Source of the DNA: an uncultured Prevotella sp.
GTDB lineage: Bacteria > Bacteroidota > Bacteroidia > Bacteroidales > Bacteroidaceae
Reading direction: 5' to 3'
NCBI GenBank assembly: GCA_946998205.1
Contig: CAMPYJ010000001.1
Span: 56,618 to 120,617, forward strand
Length of the DNA stretch: 64,000 nucleotides
Shown here piece after piece: positions 55,572 through 64,000 of the stretch (position 1 is its first letter; the number at the start of each line of letters is the position of its first letter). A model generated the notes under the pieces. It did not search any database. It had not been told where the DNA came from and saw only the letters and a program-made list of their open reading frames with translations. The position numbers and the translations under genes were made by a program.

Positions 55572-56852
55572 ATGGAAAGAGACCAAGAAACATTCAATCT
55601 CATTGAGCAAGAGCATCAACGCCAGCTCAAAGGTATGGAACTCATCGCCTCAGAGAACTTTGTAAGCGACGAAGTGATGCAAGCCATGGGCTCGTACCTG
55701 ACGAACAAATACGCCGAAGGACTTCCCGGAAAGCGTTATTATGGTGGCTGCCAGATTGTTGACCTGGTGGAGAACCTGGCGATTGCGCGTGTCAAAAGAC
55801 TCTTCGGTGCCGAGTTCGCCAACGTTCAGCCGCACTCGGGCGCACAGGCAAACGCCGCCGTATTGCTGGCCGTATTGAAACCCGGCGACACATTCATGGG
55901 TCTCAACCTTGACCATGGCGGCCATCTGTCGCACGGAAGCAGCGTCAACACATCGGGCATCCTCTACCATCACATTGGCTACAACCTGAACAAGGAAACG
56001 GGACGGATAAATTATGACGAGATGGAACAGCTGGCCCACAAACACCACCCGAAGCTGATTATCGGAGGAGGGTCGGCATACAGCCGCGAGTGGGACTATC
56101 AGCGCATGCGCCAGATTGCCGACGCGGTGGGGGCCTTACTAATGATTGACATGGCTCACCCGGCCGGACTGATCGCCGCCGGATTGCTGAACAATCCCGT
56201 CAAATATGCGCACATCGTCACCAGTACCACGCACAAGACACTCCGCGGCCCACGCGGCGGCATCATTCTGATGGGCAAAGACTTTGAAAATCCATGGGGC
56301 CTGACCAATAAGAAAGGTGAGGTAAAGATGATGTCGCAGCTGCTCAACAGCGCCGTGTTTCCCGGAACGCAAGGCGGCCCCCTTGAACATGTCATCGCAG
56401 CCAAGGCCGTTGGCTTCAGTGAGAATCTGCAACCTTCATGGAAAGAATATGCGCTGCAGGTTAAAAAGAACGCGGCCGTGTTGGCCGACGCTCTCTCGCA
56501 ACGCGGCTTCAGCATCGTAAGTGGCGGAACAGACAACCACTCGATGCTGGTTGACCTTCGCTCAAAATACCCCGATCTGACGGGTAAAGTGGCAGAGAAC
56601 GCACTCGTTGCCGCCGACATCACCGTCAACAAGAACATGGTTCCCTACGACACTCGTTCGGCATTTCAAACCAGCGGCGTCCGCCTTGGCACCGCAGCCA
56701 TGACGACACGAGGTGCGAAAGAAGACGTCATGCTTCTCATTGCCGAACTCATCGAAGAGGTGTTGAACGCTCCTGATGACGAAAAGGTCATCGCAAGCGT
56801 GAGACAGAAGGTGAACGAAACAATGAAAAACTATCCCCTCTTCGCTTATTAA
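55572..56852 (+). CDS. glyA: Serine hydroxymethyltransferase.
   Basis: It has the PLP-lysine motif region ([14 protein letters not shown]) and is the family size of 426 aa. Confidence 0.95.
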   Translation: MERDQETFNLIEQEHQRQLKGMELIASENFVSDEVMQAMGSYLTNKYAEGLPGKRYYGGCQIVDLVENLAIARVKRLFGAEFANVQPHSGAQANAAVLLAVLKPGDTFMGLNLDHGGHLSHGSSVNTSGILYHHIGYNLNKETGRINYDEMEQLAHKHHPKLIIGGGSAYSREWDYQRMRQIADAVGALLMIDMAHPAGLIAAGLLNNPVKYAHIVTSTTHKTLRGPRGGIILMGKDFENPWGLTNKKGEVKMMSQLLNSAVFPGTQGGPLEHVIAAKAVGFSENLQPSWKEYALQVKKNAAVLADALSQRGFSIVSGGTDNHSMLVDLRSKYPDLTGKVAENALVAADITVNKNMVPYDTRSAFQTSGVRLGTAAMTTRGAKEDVMLLIAELIEEVLNAPDDEKVIASVRQKVNETMKNYPLFAY

Positions 56853-57011
56853 GAGCCATCTCCAGACTGTCAACGATTACCGAACCCCTCCCATGTCCGA
56901 AAGAAGAATCCTTCGAGGCATGGCGGGTGGGGATGCGGTGCTGAATCCTCCTTTTCGCCAATCAACGAGCAATGTCAACGGCAGACTTATAAATGGAATT
57001 TAAAACTCAAC

Positions 57012-57209
57012 ATGACATACGTTGTTCAATACACCATTATCACCGCTATCCTCATCGCAGCCGCAGCCTACGCAGGACGAAGAATCTACCTGACATGGAG
57101 ACACTGCGGCGACAAATGCTACGGATGCAAAGGGTGTGCCCTGCGTAAACAGATGATGAAAAAACGTGCGTCTGCCCACCGGAAGCCCGCTTGTCATGAG
57201 AAAAAGTGA
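57012..57209 (+). CDS. Small Cys-rich membrane protein (FeoB-associated Cys-rich membrane protein-like).
   Basis: It has an N-terminal transmembrane helix followed by the basic, Cys-rich stretch ...RHCGDKCYGCKGCALRK. Confidence 0.5.
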   Translation: MTYVVQYTIITAILIAAAAYAGRRIYLTWRHCGDKCYGCKGCALRKQMMKKRASAHRKPACHEKK

Positions 57210-57267
57210 GGAAAATATTTGTAAGAACGAGTTATTTACCTTATCTTTGCAAACGCAAAACCACTTA

Positions 57268-57338
57268 CGGTACCTTGGCCGATCGGTTAGGTAACGGTCT
57301 GCAAAACCGTGTAGGGCAGTTCGACTCTGCCAGGTACC
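57268..57338 (+). tRNA. tRNA-Cys (anticodon GCA).
   Basis: It was folded by hand. The acceptor stem GGTACCT/AGGTACC is 7/7 paired. A 3-bp D-stem closes the D-loop GATCGGTTA (E. coli tRNA-Cys has AAGCGGTTA). The anticodon stem ACGGT/ACCGT carries the loop CTGCAAA. The T-arm is GGCAG-TTCGACT-CTGCC. The discriminator is T and CCA is not encoded. Confidence 0.8.
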
Positions 57339-57441
57339 TCACAAATCAAAGAATCACAATCTTTTCAACGATGAACAAGATTGTGATTCTTTCGTTTATG
57401 CCCATAGATGCACACAACATTCAGTGTGCAAATGGCTCACC

Positions 57442-58476
57442 TCAAGACTTCGGCAGGGACAGGACGATGGTTTTAAACCAATCTTTCATCACCCCACCCG
57501 CCTGGTTCTGCGAGTCAGACACCAAGACCAACACCCGAGAGCCGTCGGACAGTTTGGGGCCAAGGCACATACCCTCGAAGTTGGCTATATCATGATGAAA
57601 CAAAGAAAGATGGGTGGTCCATTTCGTCACCAACCGTTTTTTCAAGTAAGGCATTGCCGCATTCAGAGAATCTGCCCCATCGACTGGAACGCCTTTTTGA
57701 GGGTGTACCAAAAACAATTTGTTGTTGACAAAGGCACCCAGTTTAGAAGGTGGCGTATAAAATTCGCGTTCCAAGACCAATACACTGCCGTCATCGAGTG
57801 CCGTGACCTCCGGTACTCCCATGCCATAGAGATAAGCCTTCCTGTTTGCTTCAGGTGCGTCCATCAGATAGGCATACTGATGTAAAGGCCGAAAATCGGC
57901 GCTGAACGATTGCAAGCGCAACCTGTTACGAACCCCATTTGTCGCTGTGGCCTGTTCGCCATCGCCCAGAAGCGTGCCTTCGTTACACGTCCAAAACGTC
58001 TGGGTGAGTTCGTTAAAGCTCAACGACTCCAACCCATAATTGCCCCTATCCCGCTGATAGACAGCTGGGACGTACAGTCTCCGGCTCATGAGATGCCCAT
58101 CCATCGCATATTCTTTGATGGTGTTGTCGGCCTCACGGGTGACATACAGAGTTTTAGATGACGGCACATAAGTGACGGCCTCCATGTCCCCGTTTTTGTC
58201 CGTGTCGCCCCTGAAGCCAAGATTCTCCACATGCAGAACGTCACCGGTGACAGGGTCGAGAGCTATTTTGAAAAGGAAGAAACCATCCTGCGGCGACTTG
58301 TCACTAACCACCGCATACACACTGTCACCGATATAGGTGATGCCACTGTAATTCCCCGCCGGTATATCCTTCGGGAAACTACGTTGCTCGTTCACTCGCA
58401 CTACCGTCAGCGAGTCTTGAGACTTTACCGAACATACAGCCAACAAGAAGGCTGCCATTAAATAAATCTTTCTCAT
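57442..58476 (-). CDS. Secreted hypothetical protein, possibly in the phytase-like (esterase-like activity of phytase) beta-propeller family.
   Basis: It has a signal peptide. The family assignment is a weak recollection and needs an HMM search. Confidence 0.3.
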   Translation of the reverse strand: MRKIYLMAAFLLAVCSVKSQDSLTVVRVNEQRSFPKDIPAGNYSGITYIGDSVYAVVSDKSPQDGFFLFKIALDPVTGDVLHVENLGFRGDTDKNGDMEAVTYVPSSKTLYVTREADNTIKEYAMDGHLMSRRLYVPAVYQRDRGNYGLESLSFNELTQTFWTCNEGTLLGDGEQATATNGVRNRLRLQSFSADFRPLHQYAYLMDAPEANRKAYLYGMGVPEVTALDDGSVLVLEREFYTPPSKLGAFVNNKLFLVHPQKGVPVDGADSLNAAMPYLKKRLVTKWTTHLSLFHHDIANFEGMCLGPKLSDGSRVLVLVSDSQNQAGGVMKDWFKTIVLSLPKS

Positions 58477-58500
58477 CTTTTAAGAATAGGACGTAGGCAG

Positions 58501-58626
58501 AGCCAGAGGCAAACTTGTTTACCGTGATAAGGCACAGCCCATCATCAGCAAAGATGGTGCAAGCCGAAGCCAAAGGAAAACTTGTTTACTATGGTAAGGC
58601 ACAGCCCATCATCTGCAAAGGTAATA
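58501..58626. repeat. Tandem duplication, two copies of about 60 bp, in the region upstream of gene 57442..58476.
   Basis: The units are AGCCAGAGGCAAACTTGTTTACCGTGATAAGGCACAGCCCATCATCAGCAAAG and AGCCGAAGCCAAAGGAAAACTTGTTTACTATGGTAAGGCACAGCCCATCATCTGCAAAG, about 85% identical. Confidence 0.7.
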
Positions 58627-58712
58627 TATTCCCAACAACAAACTTCTGCTTTTCTGCACAGATTCACAAAACTTTTGAATATTCTGAATATACCAATACC
58701 ACATGATGCACA

Positions 58713-59726
58713 CTAATTCATAGTCTGTTGTCTACCTCTTCGAACAACAGACCTGAGCGTGAAATAGAGTTCTTCTTGGATTCTGAACATCCGCCATGAA
58801 AAGCGTAGCGGCATATACCCGAATTTATATTTTAACCTTTTATATAACCTGTGCACCTCGATACCACTCCATATCCGATGAAGTTCACGCATGCCCATCA
58901 CAGACTCCTCGGCAGAAAGCCGTTTTCTGTAAGAATAATGAAAATAATATAAATCTATCAATACCAGCCAGCGCACATTTTCATAAGTTGTTAACACATC
59001 ATCGCTTACGTTAAGTTGTATCAACTGCTTCTTCATACTTTCGTTGGCACGAAGATAATCAAACCTGCTTCCACCAATAACATGTGTTACAGAGTGGGGA
59101 TTGTAGTGGTAGTAGTACTCTCCATGACAACAACTCACTTGCTTAGAAAACAAATAATGCAGTCGTGTACTGTTATCATCACTGTAGGTCTTACACGTGT
59201 CATCGTACGGGAATTGTTTGAAAAGAGCGGTTTTCGCAGCATAAACACCGTGAATTTTCCACGTCAAGCTGTCTTTGAACGCCTCGTATCCAGACCTTTC
59301 GTCAAAAAAATCCATGTCATATTCCTGTGCGGTTGAATTGTCACCTCCAAGGGTGAGGAGCTTGAAAAGCACGCAGTCTACTTGTGGGTGTTTTTCAAAA
59401 ACCTGCAAAGCCTCTTCCAAAGCATCGGGCGCAAACGTATCATCGCAATCTAAAAACGTGGTGTAATGGGCGTTGATAAATTTAATTCCTTCGTTGCGGG
59501 CATGTGCTGCTCCATAGTTTTGACTTAAATGAAGAACCTCAATTCGCCGGTCAGCAGCAGCATACAATTGTAATATTTTCCAAGAATTGTCCGTAGAGCC
59601 GTCGTCTATACAAATCACTTGAATGTCTTTGAGGGTTTGTCGCAGCAACGAATCCAAGCATCTTTTCAGATACTCGCTGCCATTATAAACCGCCACCAAT
59701 ATCGCAAATGATGCTATTTTTTCCAT
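58713..59726 (-). CDS. Family 2 glycosyltransferase.
   Basis: It has the GT2 signature (FAILVAVYNGSEYLKRCLDSL...DDGSTD) and DCDD. The start is moved to an internal Met, giving a 13-bp overlap with the upstream Wzx gene. Confidence 0.7.
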   Translation of the reverse strand: MEKIASFAILVAVYNGSEYLKRCLDSLLRQTLKDIQVICIDDGSTDNSWKILQLYAAADRRIEVLHLSQNYGAAHARNEGIKFINAHYTTFLDCDDTFAPDALEEALQVFEKHPQVDCVLFKLLTLGGDNSTAQEYDMDFFDERSGYEAFKDSLTWKIHGVYAAKTALFKQFPYDDTCKTYSDDNSTRLHYLFSKQVSCCHGEYYYHYNPHSVTHVIGGSRFDYLRANESMKKQLIQLNVSDDVLTTYENVRWLVLIDLYYFHYSYRKRLSAEESVMGMRELHRIWSGIEVHRLYKRLKYKFGYMPLRFSWRMFRIQEELYFTLRSVVRRGRQQTMN

Positions 59727-61198
59727 ACTCGTAATTTCAAACGTGTCCACAAATCGGTCTTTTTTCTCAATATGCGCAACGACACCCACAGACTCAACAG
59801 GACGACCGCCACGCCCCCACCCCAATACAACCAGCCATGGGTTGACAACACCAAGGCGTAAGTCAACAAGCCCAGCATGAGTTGGATGCCTAAATATCGC
59901 CACACCGAATTGGACATATTATATTGATAGGTGGTGTGCATAAAATAAAATAGCATAAAAAAATCCAATGCAGCTACCAAGGTGACAGCCATTCCAGCAC
60001 CTAATAACTCATAATAGTGGAATCCTGCGATAACAGCAAGCACCAACACGACATCGTAGATAGCCTCTACGAGAAGGTACAGCCTCGAATTGCCTTTTGC
60101 CAACGGAATGTAAGCAATGGGTAGTTTGACAGCTCGCCAATACATCGCCAGCACCAAGGTCTGCACCATGGCCTGAAGCGACACGAACTCTTTACTATAC
60201 AGCAGCGGCAACAACACCGGAACACCTACCATGAACATCACCAACATAGGCGAAATGAGCAACAACGACACTTCTATCTGACTGTTGACCGTTTCGTTCA
60301 ACAGCGCGCCTGTGTGCTTGATGGACGACAAGCGTGGAAAGAAATCGGTTTCCATGGCAGAAAACACCAAACCCGCATACGTCATCGTCATCATATAAGC
60401 GGCATTAAACAAGCCAACGGTCTCTACCGATCCCAACACGTTAAGGTAGCGGCGTATCAGGAAATCGGCACCGCTTCCCAAAATACCTGCCAGCACAAAA
60501 GCCACTCCAATCTTGAGCATAGGACTCCCCTGCAACAATAAAGTTTTGCTCCAGTTAAAACGTATAGTGTATTGTCTATGAGAGTAATAAATGGTGAGCA
60601 GCATTTGTGTCAAGGCGACAATGATGAGTGAAGGAACAATAGCAGCCTTACGCCAGATGTAGAACAAAGGAATGGAGGTAATCAATGCGCCTACCATGTT
60701 GAGAAAAGAGATTTTCGCCAACGACTTGAGTTGTCGTAAGGCTTTCAAAATGGCCAACTCTCCTCCCGTCACCGCCATTAGGAATACCACTACCGACAGC
60801 AAAACGAAATGCAAAGAGTGGTCGCCCCAGCCAAAGACCCACCGACTGAGCATGGGACTTATCATCATGCACACAGCCATACCCAACAATGCCGTCAACA
60901 CGCTCCACAGACGCACACAGTCAATACAACGTCTCATGTAGGCCTCGTCGTGCTGTTCGAAAACAGCAGACAGTTCCCTGACGGCACTCATGCTTAATCC
61001 AAAATTAGTGGAGTCGCTAACCAGTTTGGTTGTGGAATTGAAGAGCGACATCAGCCCCATGCCCTCGGCACCGAGAAGAAGAGCCACCAACTTATTGCGA
61101 ACAATGCCTACCAAGATGCCAAGCCCTTGCACACCGCCAAAAAGACCAGTGTATTTTAAGATATGGGTATAGGTTTTATTGCGATTCTCGTTTGTCAT
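59714..61198 (-). CDS. wzx: Wzx-family oligosaccharide flippase (polysaccharide biosynthesis protein).
   Basis: It has about 12-14 transmembrane helices and the characteristic N-terminus (...YTGLFGGVQGLGILVGIVRNKLVALLLG...). Confidence 0.7.
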   Translation of the reverse strand: MTNENRNKTYTHILKYTGLFGGVQGLGILVGIVRNKLVALLLGAEGMGLMSLFNSTTKLVSDSTNFGLSMSAVRELSAVFEQHDEAYMRRCIDCVRLWSVLTALLGMAVCMMISPMLSRWVFGWGDHSLHFVLLSVVVFLMAVTGGELAILKALRQLKSLAKISFLNMVGALITSIPLFYIWRKAAIVPSLIIVALTQMLLTIYYSHRQYTIRFNWSKTLLLQGSPMLKIGVAFVLAGILGSGADFLIRRYLNVLGSVETVGLFNAAYMMTMTYAGLVFSAMETDFFPRLSSIKHTGALLNETVNSQIEVSLLLISPMLVMFMVGVPVLLPLLYSKEFVSLQAMVQTLVLAMYWRAVKLPIAYIPLAKGNSRLYLLVEAIYDVVLVLAVIAGFHYYELLGAGMAVTLVAALDFFMLFYFMHTTYQYNMSNSVWRYLGIQLMLGLLTYALVLSTHGWLYWGGGVAVVLLSLWVSLRILRKKTDLWTRLKLRVWKK

Positions 61199-61299
61199 CT
61201 TGGTATAAACGAATAAAAGTAAATTTTATTACGTTTTTAGCGTAAAACCCCACGGTGACGCAAAACGTAAGTTCAATTAAACTTACGCTGGCTGAGATT

Positions 61300-61493
61300 G
61301 CAGGCGACTCTATAAATTACCACCGTAAACTTTTTTATGTCAGTCGTTTTTACGTTTTGTCATCTCGTGGACTCTTTTGCGTTCATTTTTTTTGTTCGGT
61401 CAGTCGTATAGCTCGCTATACTCCTTCACCCACTAACAAATTGACCTCAAAAATGATCTCGCAATCTGTCAAAGCCGATTTATAGAAACACCC
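61300..61493 (-). mobile_element. MITE-like element, a degenerate short copy.
   Basis: The repeats are diverged (GGCGACTCTATAAATTA...GATTTATAGAAACACCC). Spurious ORF 61255..61485 overlaps it. Confidence 0.65.
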
Positions 61494-61636
61494 TTAAACT
61501 GAAGTTGCCTCATATCATCAAGAGGAGTTTGATGAAGAAGCAACCCTCACGAAAGCGAGAGCGGGTCCCAAGGAAGAATTTGATTTGCTCGCACCAACCA
61601 TGCCAAGACGTGCCTGTAAAGACATGGTTTGTGCGC

Positions 61637-61818
61637 GTTTTCAATTGCATAGACTTTGAACGTCAAAGGCGTGTGAATTGAACGCCAATGCCAATGACTT
61701 TGGAAACCAATGTCATTGGCATTGGCTCGCAAGGTGGATGCGCCCGCTCGCCTGCCGAGCGGTTTGCTCAAACTATGTGTCAGCAAACATGGCAAGATGT
61801 CGCACACCTGAAAAAACG
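61637..61818. repeat. Repeat B, copy 2.
   Basis: It matches 41052..41232. It contains a perfect 14-bp inverted repeat (CCAATGCCAATGAC / GTCATTGGCATTGG) and a second hairpin (CCGCTCG-cctgc-CGAGCGG). Confidence 0.6.
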
Positions 61819-62066
61819 GATAGATAAAATGTCGTGACACATCTTTGATTTCCTGAAAGTACCGGCGGTTCCTCCTGGCAGTGACGCGAGCTGACGGGGC
61901 CTGCCGCTGAAAAGGCACCTCCCCGGGCGGTTGTTTTGTTAATATAGCTTAACAAGATGTCATTCTAAGAGATGATGTTGAGACCGATTGACTTTTTTAT
62001 CGTAATTTTGCACACGCTGTCACGAGTTGACGGCATTAATTCAAACCTAAAAATAATAAGACAAAA

Positions 62067-62606
62067 ATGGCAACAAAGATTAGATTGCAGCGCGGCGGAC
62101 GCAAAGGCTATGCTTTCTACAGCATCGTAATCGCTGACGCAAGAGCACCACGAGATGGTAGATTTATTGAAAAGATTGGAACGTATAACCCCAATACGAA
62201 TCCAGCAGCTGTAGATTTGAATTTCGACAGAGCTCTTTACTGGCTCGAGGTTGGCGCACAACCCACAGACACAGCCCGTAACATTCTCAAGCGCGAGGGC
62301 GTTTACCTCATGAAACACCTGCGCGGCGGAGTAAAGAAGGGCGCATTTGACGAAGCAGCCATGCAAACCAAATTCGATGCTTGGAAACAAGATAAGGTAA
62401 AGGGATTGCAGGCATGCGCTGAGAACGAAGCTAAAGCAAAGAAAGACGCTCAGGTAAAAGTACTTGAGGAAGAAAAGAAAATCAATGCGGAAATTGCAAA
62501 GAAAGTGGCAGAAAAGAAAGCTGCTGCCGCCAAGGCCGCTGAAGTAGCAGCTAATGCTGAAAACGCAGAAGCCGCCTCCGCAGAAGAAGCTCCCGCGGAA
62601 GCTTAA
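62067..62606 (+). CDS. rpsP: 30S ribosomal protein S16 with a Lys/Ala-rich C-terminal extension.
   Basis: The N-terminal 85 aa are canonical S16 ([18 protein letters not shown]...). The C-terminal roughly 90 aa are KA-rich and low-complexity. Confidence 0.9.
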   Translation: MATKIRLQRGGRKGYAFYSIVIADARAPRDGRFIEKIGTYNPNTNPAAVDLNFDRALYWLEVGAQPTDTARNILKREGVYLMKHLRGGVKKGAFDEAAMQTKFDAWKQDKVKGLQACAENEAKAKKDAQVKVLEEEKKINAEIAKKVAEKKAAAAKAAEVAANAENAEAASAEEAPAEA

Positions 62607-62805
62607 GGGTGATTCTATAAATTAGCTTTGACAGGTTGTGAGACTATTTTCTGAGGTCAATTCGTTTGTGTGTGTGAAGGAGTATAGAGAGCTGTACGAC
62701 TAAACGAACAAGCAAATTGAACCAAAAAAAAGAGTCCACAAGATGACAAAACGTAAAAAAAAACTGACCCCAAAAACTTTACAGGGGTAATTTACAGAAC
62801 CGCAC
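62607..62805 (+). mobile_element. MITE-like element, short form, with a TTAA target-site duplication, inserted immediately after the rpsP stop codon.
   Basis: It begins at the base after the TAA stop. TTAA occurs on both flanks. The repeats are slightly degenerate (GGGTGATTC...GAACCGCAC). Confidence 0.8.
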
Positions 62806-62839
62806 TTAATATAAGCTTCTTAAAAAGGAATATTGAAAA

Positions 62840-62876
62840 AGGTCAACATGTATCATTACATGTTGACCTTTTTTTC
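62840..62876. terminator. Strong bidirectional intrinsic terminator (rpsP terminator).
   Basis: It is a perfect 13-bp stem (AGGTCAACATGTA-tcat-TACATGTTGACCT) followed by T7 and preceded by an A-run. Confidence 0.8.
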
Positions 62877-62919
62877 TGATAATAAGCATAAAGGTATACA
62901 ACCACTTCATTAAGATATA

Positions 62920-63113
62920 GGGTGGTTCTATCAATTAGCTTTGACAGATTGTGAGACTATTTTTTGAGGTCAATTTGTTTGTGAGTGAAGGAGTATAGCG
63001 AGCTATACGACTGAACGAACAAGCAAATTGAACTAAAAAGAGGCCACAACATGACAAAACGTAAAAACACTGACATCATAAAAACATTACGGTGGTAATT
63101 TATAGAACCGCCC
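62920..63113 (+). mobile_element. MITE-like element, short form.
   Basis: The inverted repeats are intact (GGGTGGTTCTATCAATTA...TAATTTATAGAACCGCCC). No clean target-site duplication is visible. Confidence 0.85.
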
Positions 63114-63187
63114 TTTAAGAAGTTTCCACCTTATCTTTTGTCGCACTTGGAACTAAAAGTCATCTGTTGCCATCTATCGGTATTTGA

Positions 63188-63204
63188 TTATTATAGAACC
63201 GCCC
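63188..63204. repeat. Solo terminal-repeat fragment of the MITE (TTATTATAGAACCGCCC).
   Basis: An isolated repeat-like 17-mer lies about 75 bp beyond a full copy. Confidence 0.4.
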
Positions 63205-63374
63205 ATAAATCAAAAGCATACCTACATGTATGTATGAGAAACGGCATGAAGGAACATATTGATAATTTATTATTTACCACATCATTAGGAAGACAAACAA
63301 CAGCACATGAGGTTCGCAGCATCGATACAAATCAAATTATAGCGACCGACTGATTTGTAAAAATTTCATGATAT

Positions 63375-63995
63375 TTGGGTATTTTGCGTATAAGAAAACT
63401 TTCCATACTTTTGCATCGGATACAGAAAGTTATCCTTCGTTCTTTGAATGGTGATAAGATACAATATCGTTACAATGCCGATAACGGTAAGGTTTACGGT
63501 GTGAATATTGAAGGTAAACTGGCTTTTGGACAGTTGGCTCAGCTACAAGCCGGCTTTACCGCACAGAAGAGTTTGTATAATGAAGACATCGAAGTGTTCT
63601 CAAGTGAGGATGGTAAAACGGTTATCAAGGACAATCGTATGCTGCGCACACCTGACACCTATGGCTATTTTATCGGTACCGTAACTCCTGTTCGGCACTT
63701 TAACGTTTCTCTATCTGGCAATTATACCGGTTCATTGTTAGCTCCACACCTGCAGGGTTCTGGCGCTAAGAATCCAAGCATCGTAAAAACCCCTTCGTTC
63801 TTTACATTAAGCACAAAATTGGCTTATGACTTTGAGTTGAACGACCTTGTAAAGATAGAAGTAAATGGTGGTATACAAAATATGACCAACGCTTACCAGA
63901 AAGACCTTGATACAGGTGCTTTACGCGACGCCGATTACATCTATGGTCCTAACATGCCACGCACCTTCTACATGGGAATAAAGATTGCATATTAG
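63375..63995 (+). pseudogene. Probable C-terminal fragment of a TonB-dependent receptor or outer-membrane beta-barrel gene.
   Basis: The ORF lacks a signal peptide. It has beta-barrel-like alternating hydrophobic strands and ends ...YIYGPNMPRTFYMGIKIAY (a terminal aromatic residue). It sits just downstream of two MITE copies and a solo repeat fragment. Confidence 0.35.
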
Positions 63996-64000
63996 AAGGA

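Noticed and set aside
58515-58706. A 63-aa ORF spans the tandem 60-bp repeat.
   Set aside because: The two repeat units fall in different reading frames because of a 4-bp indel. This argues against selection on a coding sequence.

Overview
This 64 kb window looks like a Bacteroidota chromosomal segment, probably Bacteroidales and Prevotella-like. The guess rests on T9SS C-terminal sorting domains on several secreted proteins, a Rho with a long N-terminal low-complexity extension, about 47% GC, and the gene content. Housekeeping genes lie in this order: an ABC-F ATPase, grpE-dnaJ-folC, a galactose cluster (galM, MFS sugar transporter, galK, second galM), pepD, a pyruvate:ferredoxin oxidoreductase, rho-uvrA, PBP1A, pyrB-pyrI, glyA, a tRNA-Cys, and rpsP. 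Between them sit accessory surface and secreted genes: a BNR sialidase, an M6-like metalloprotease, two leucine-rich-repeat proteins, a 951-aa T9SS cargo protein, a large fimbrillin-like lipoprotein, and a GT2/Wzx polysaccharide module.

The most striking feature is an unusually dense family of miniature inverted-repeat elements. At least 12 full-length copies, one half copy and two solo terminal-repeat fragments occur, all intergenic. They carry 18-bp terminal inverted repeats (GGGCGGTTCTATAAATTA) and come in two size classes (about 193 bp and about 257 bp) that differ by one roughly 65-70 bp internal module. Four-bp target-site duplications are visible at most of the copies checked. These elements account for nearly all the spurious ORFs that share the GGSINYHRKVF peptide. 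A second, unrelated repeat of about 180 bp occurs twice and carries conserved hairpins. I found no CRISPR array, prophage or recognisable defence island. No compact previously undescribed multi-gene system stands out either. Every call here comes from reading the sequence; nothing was searched against a database.
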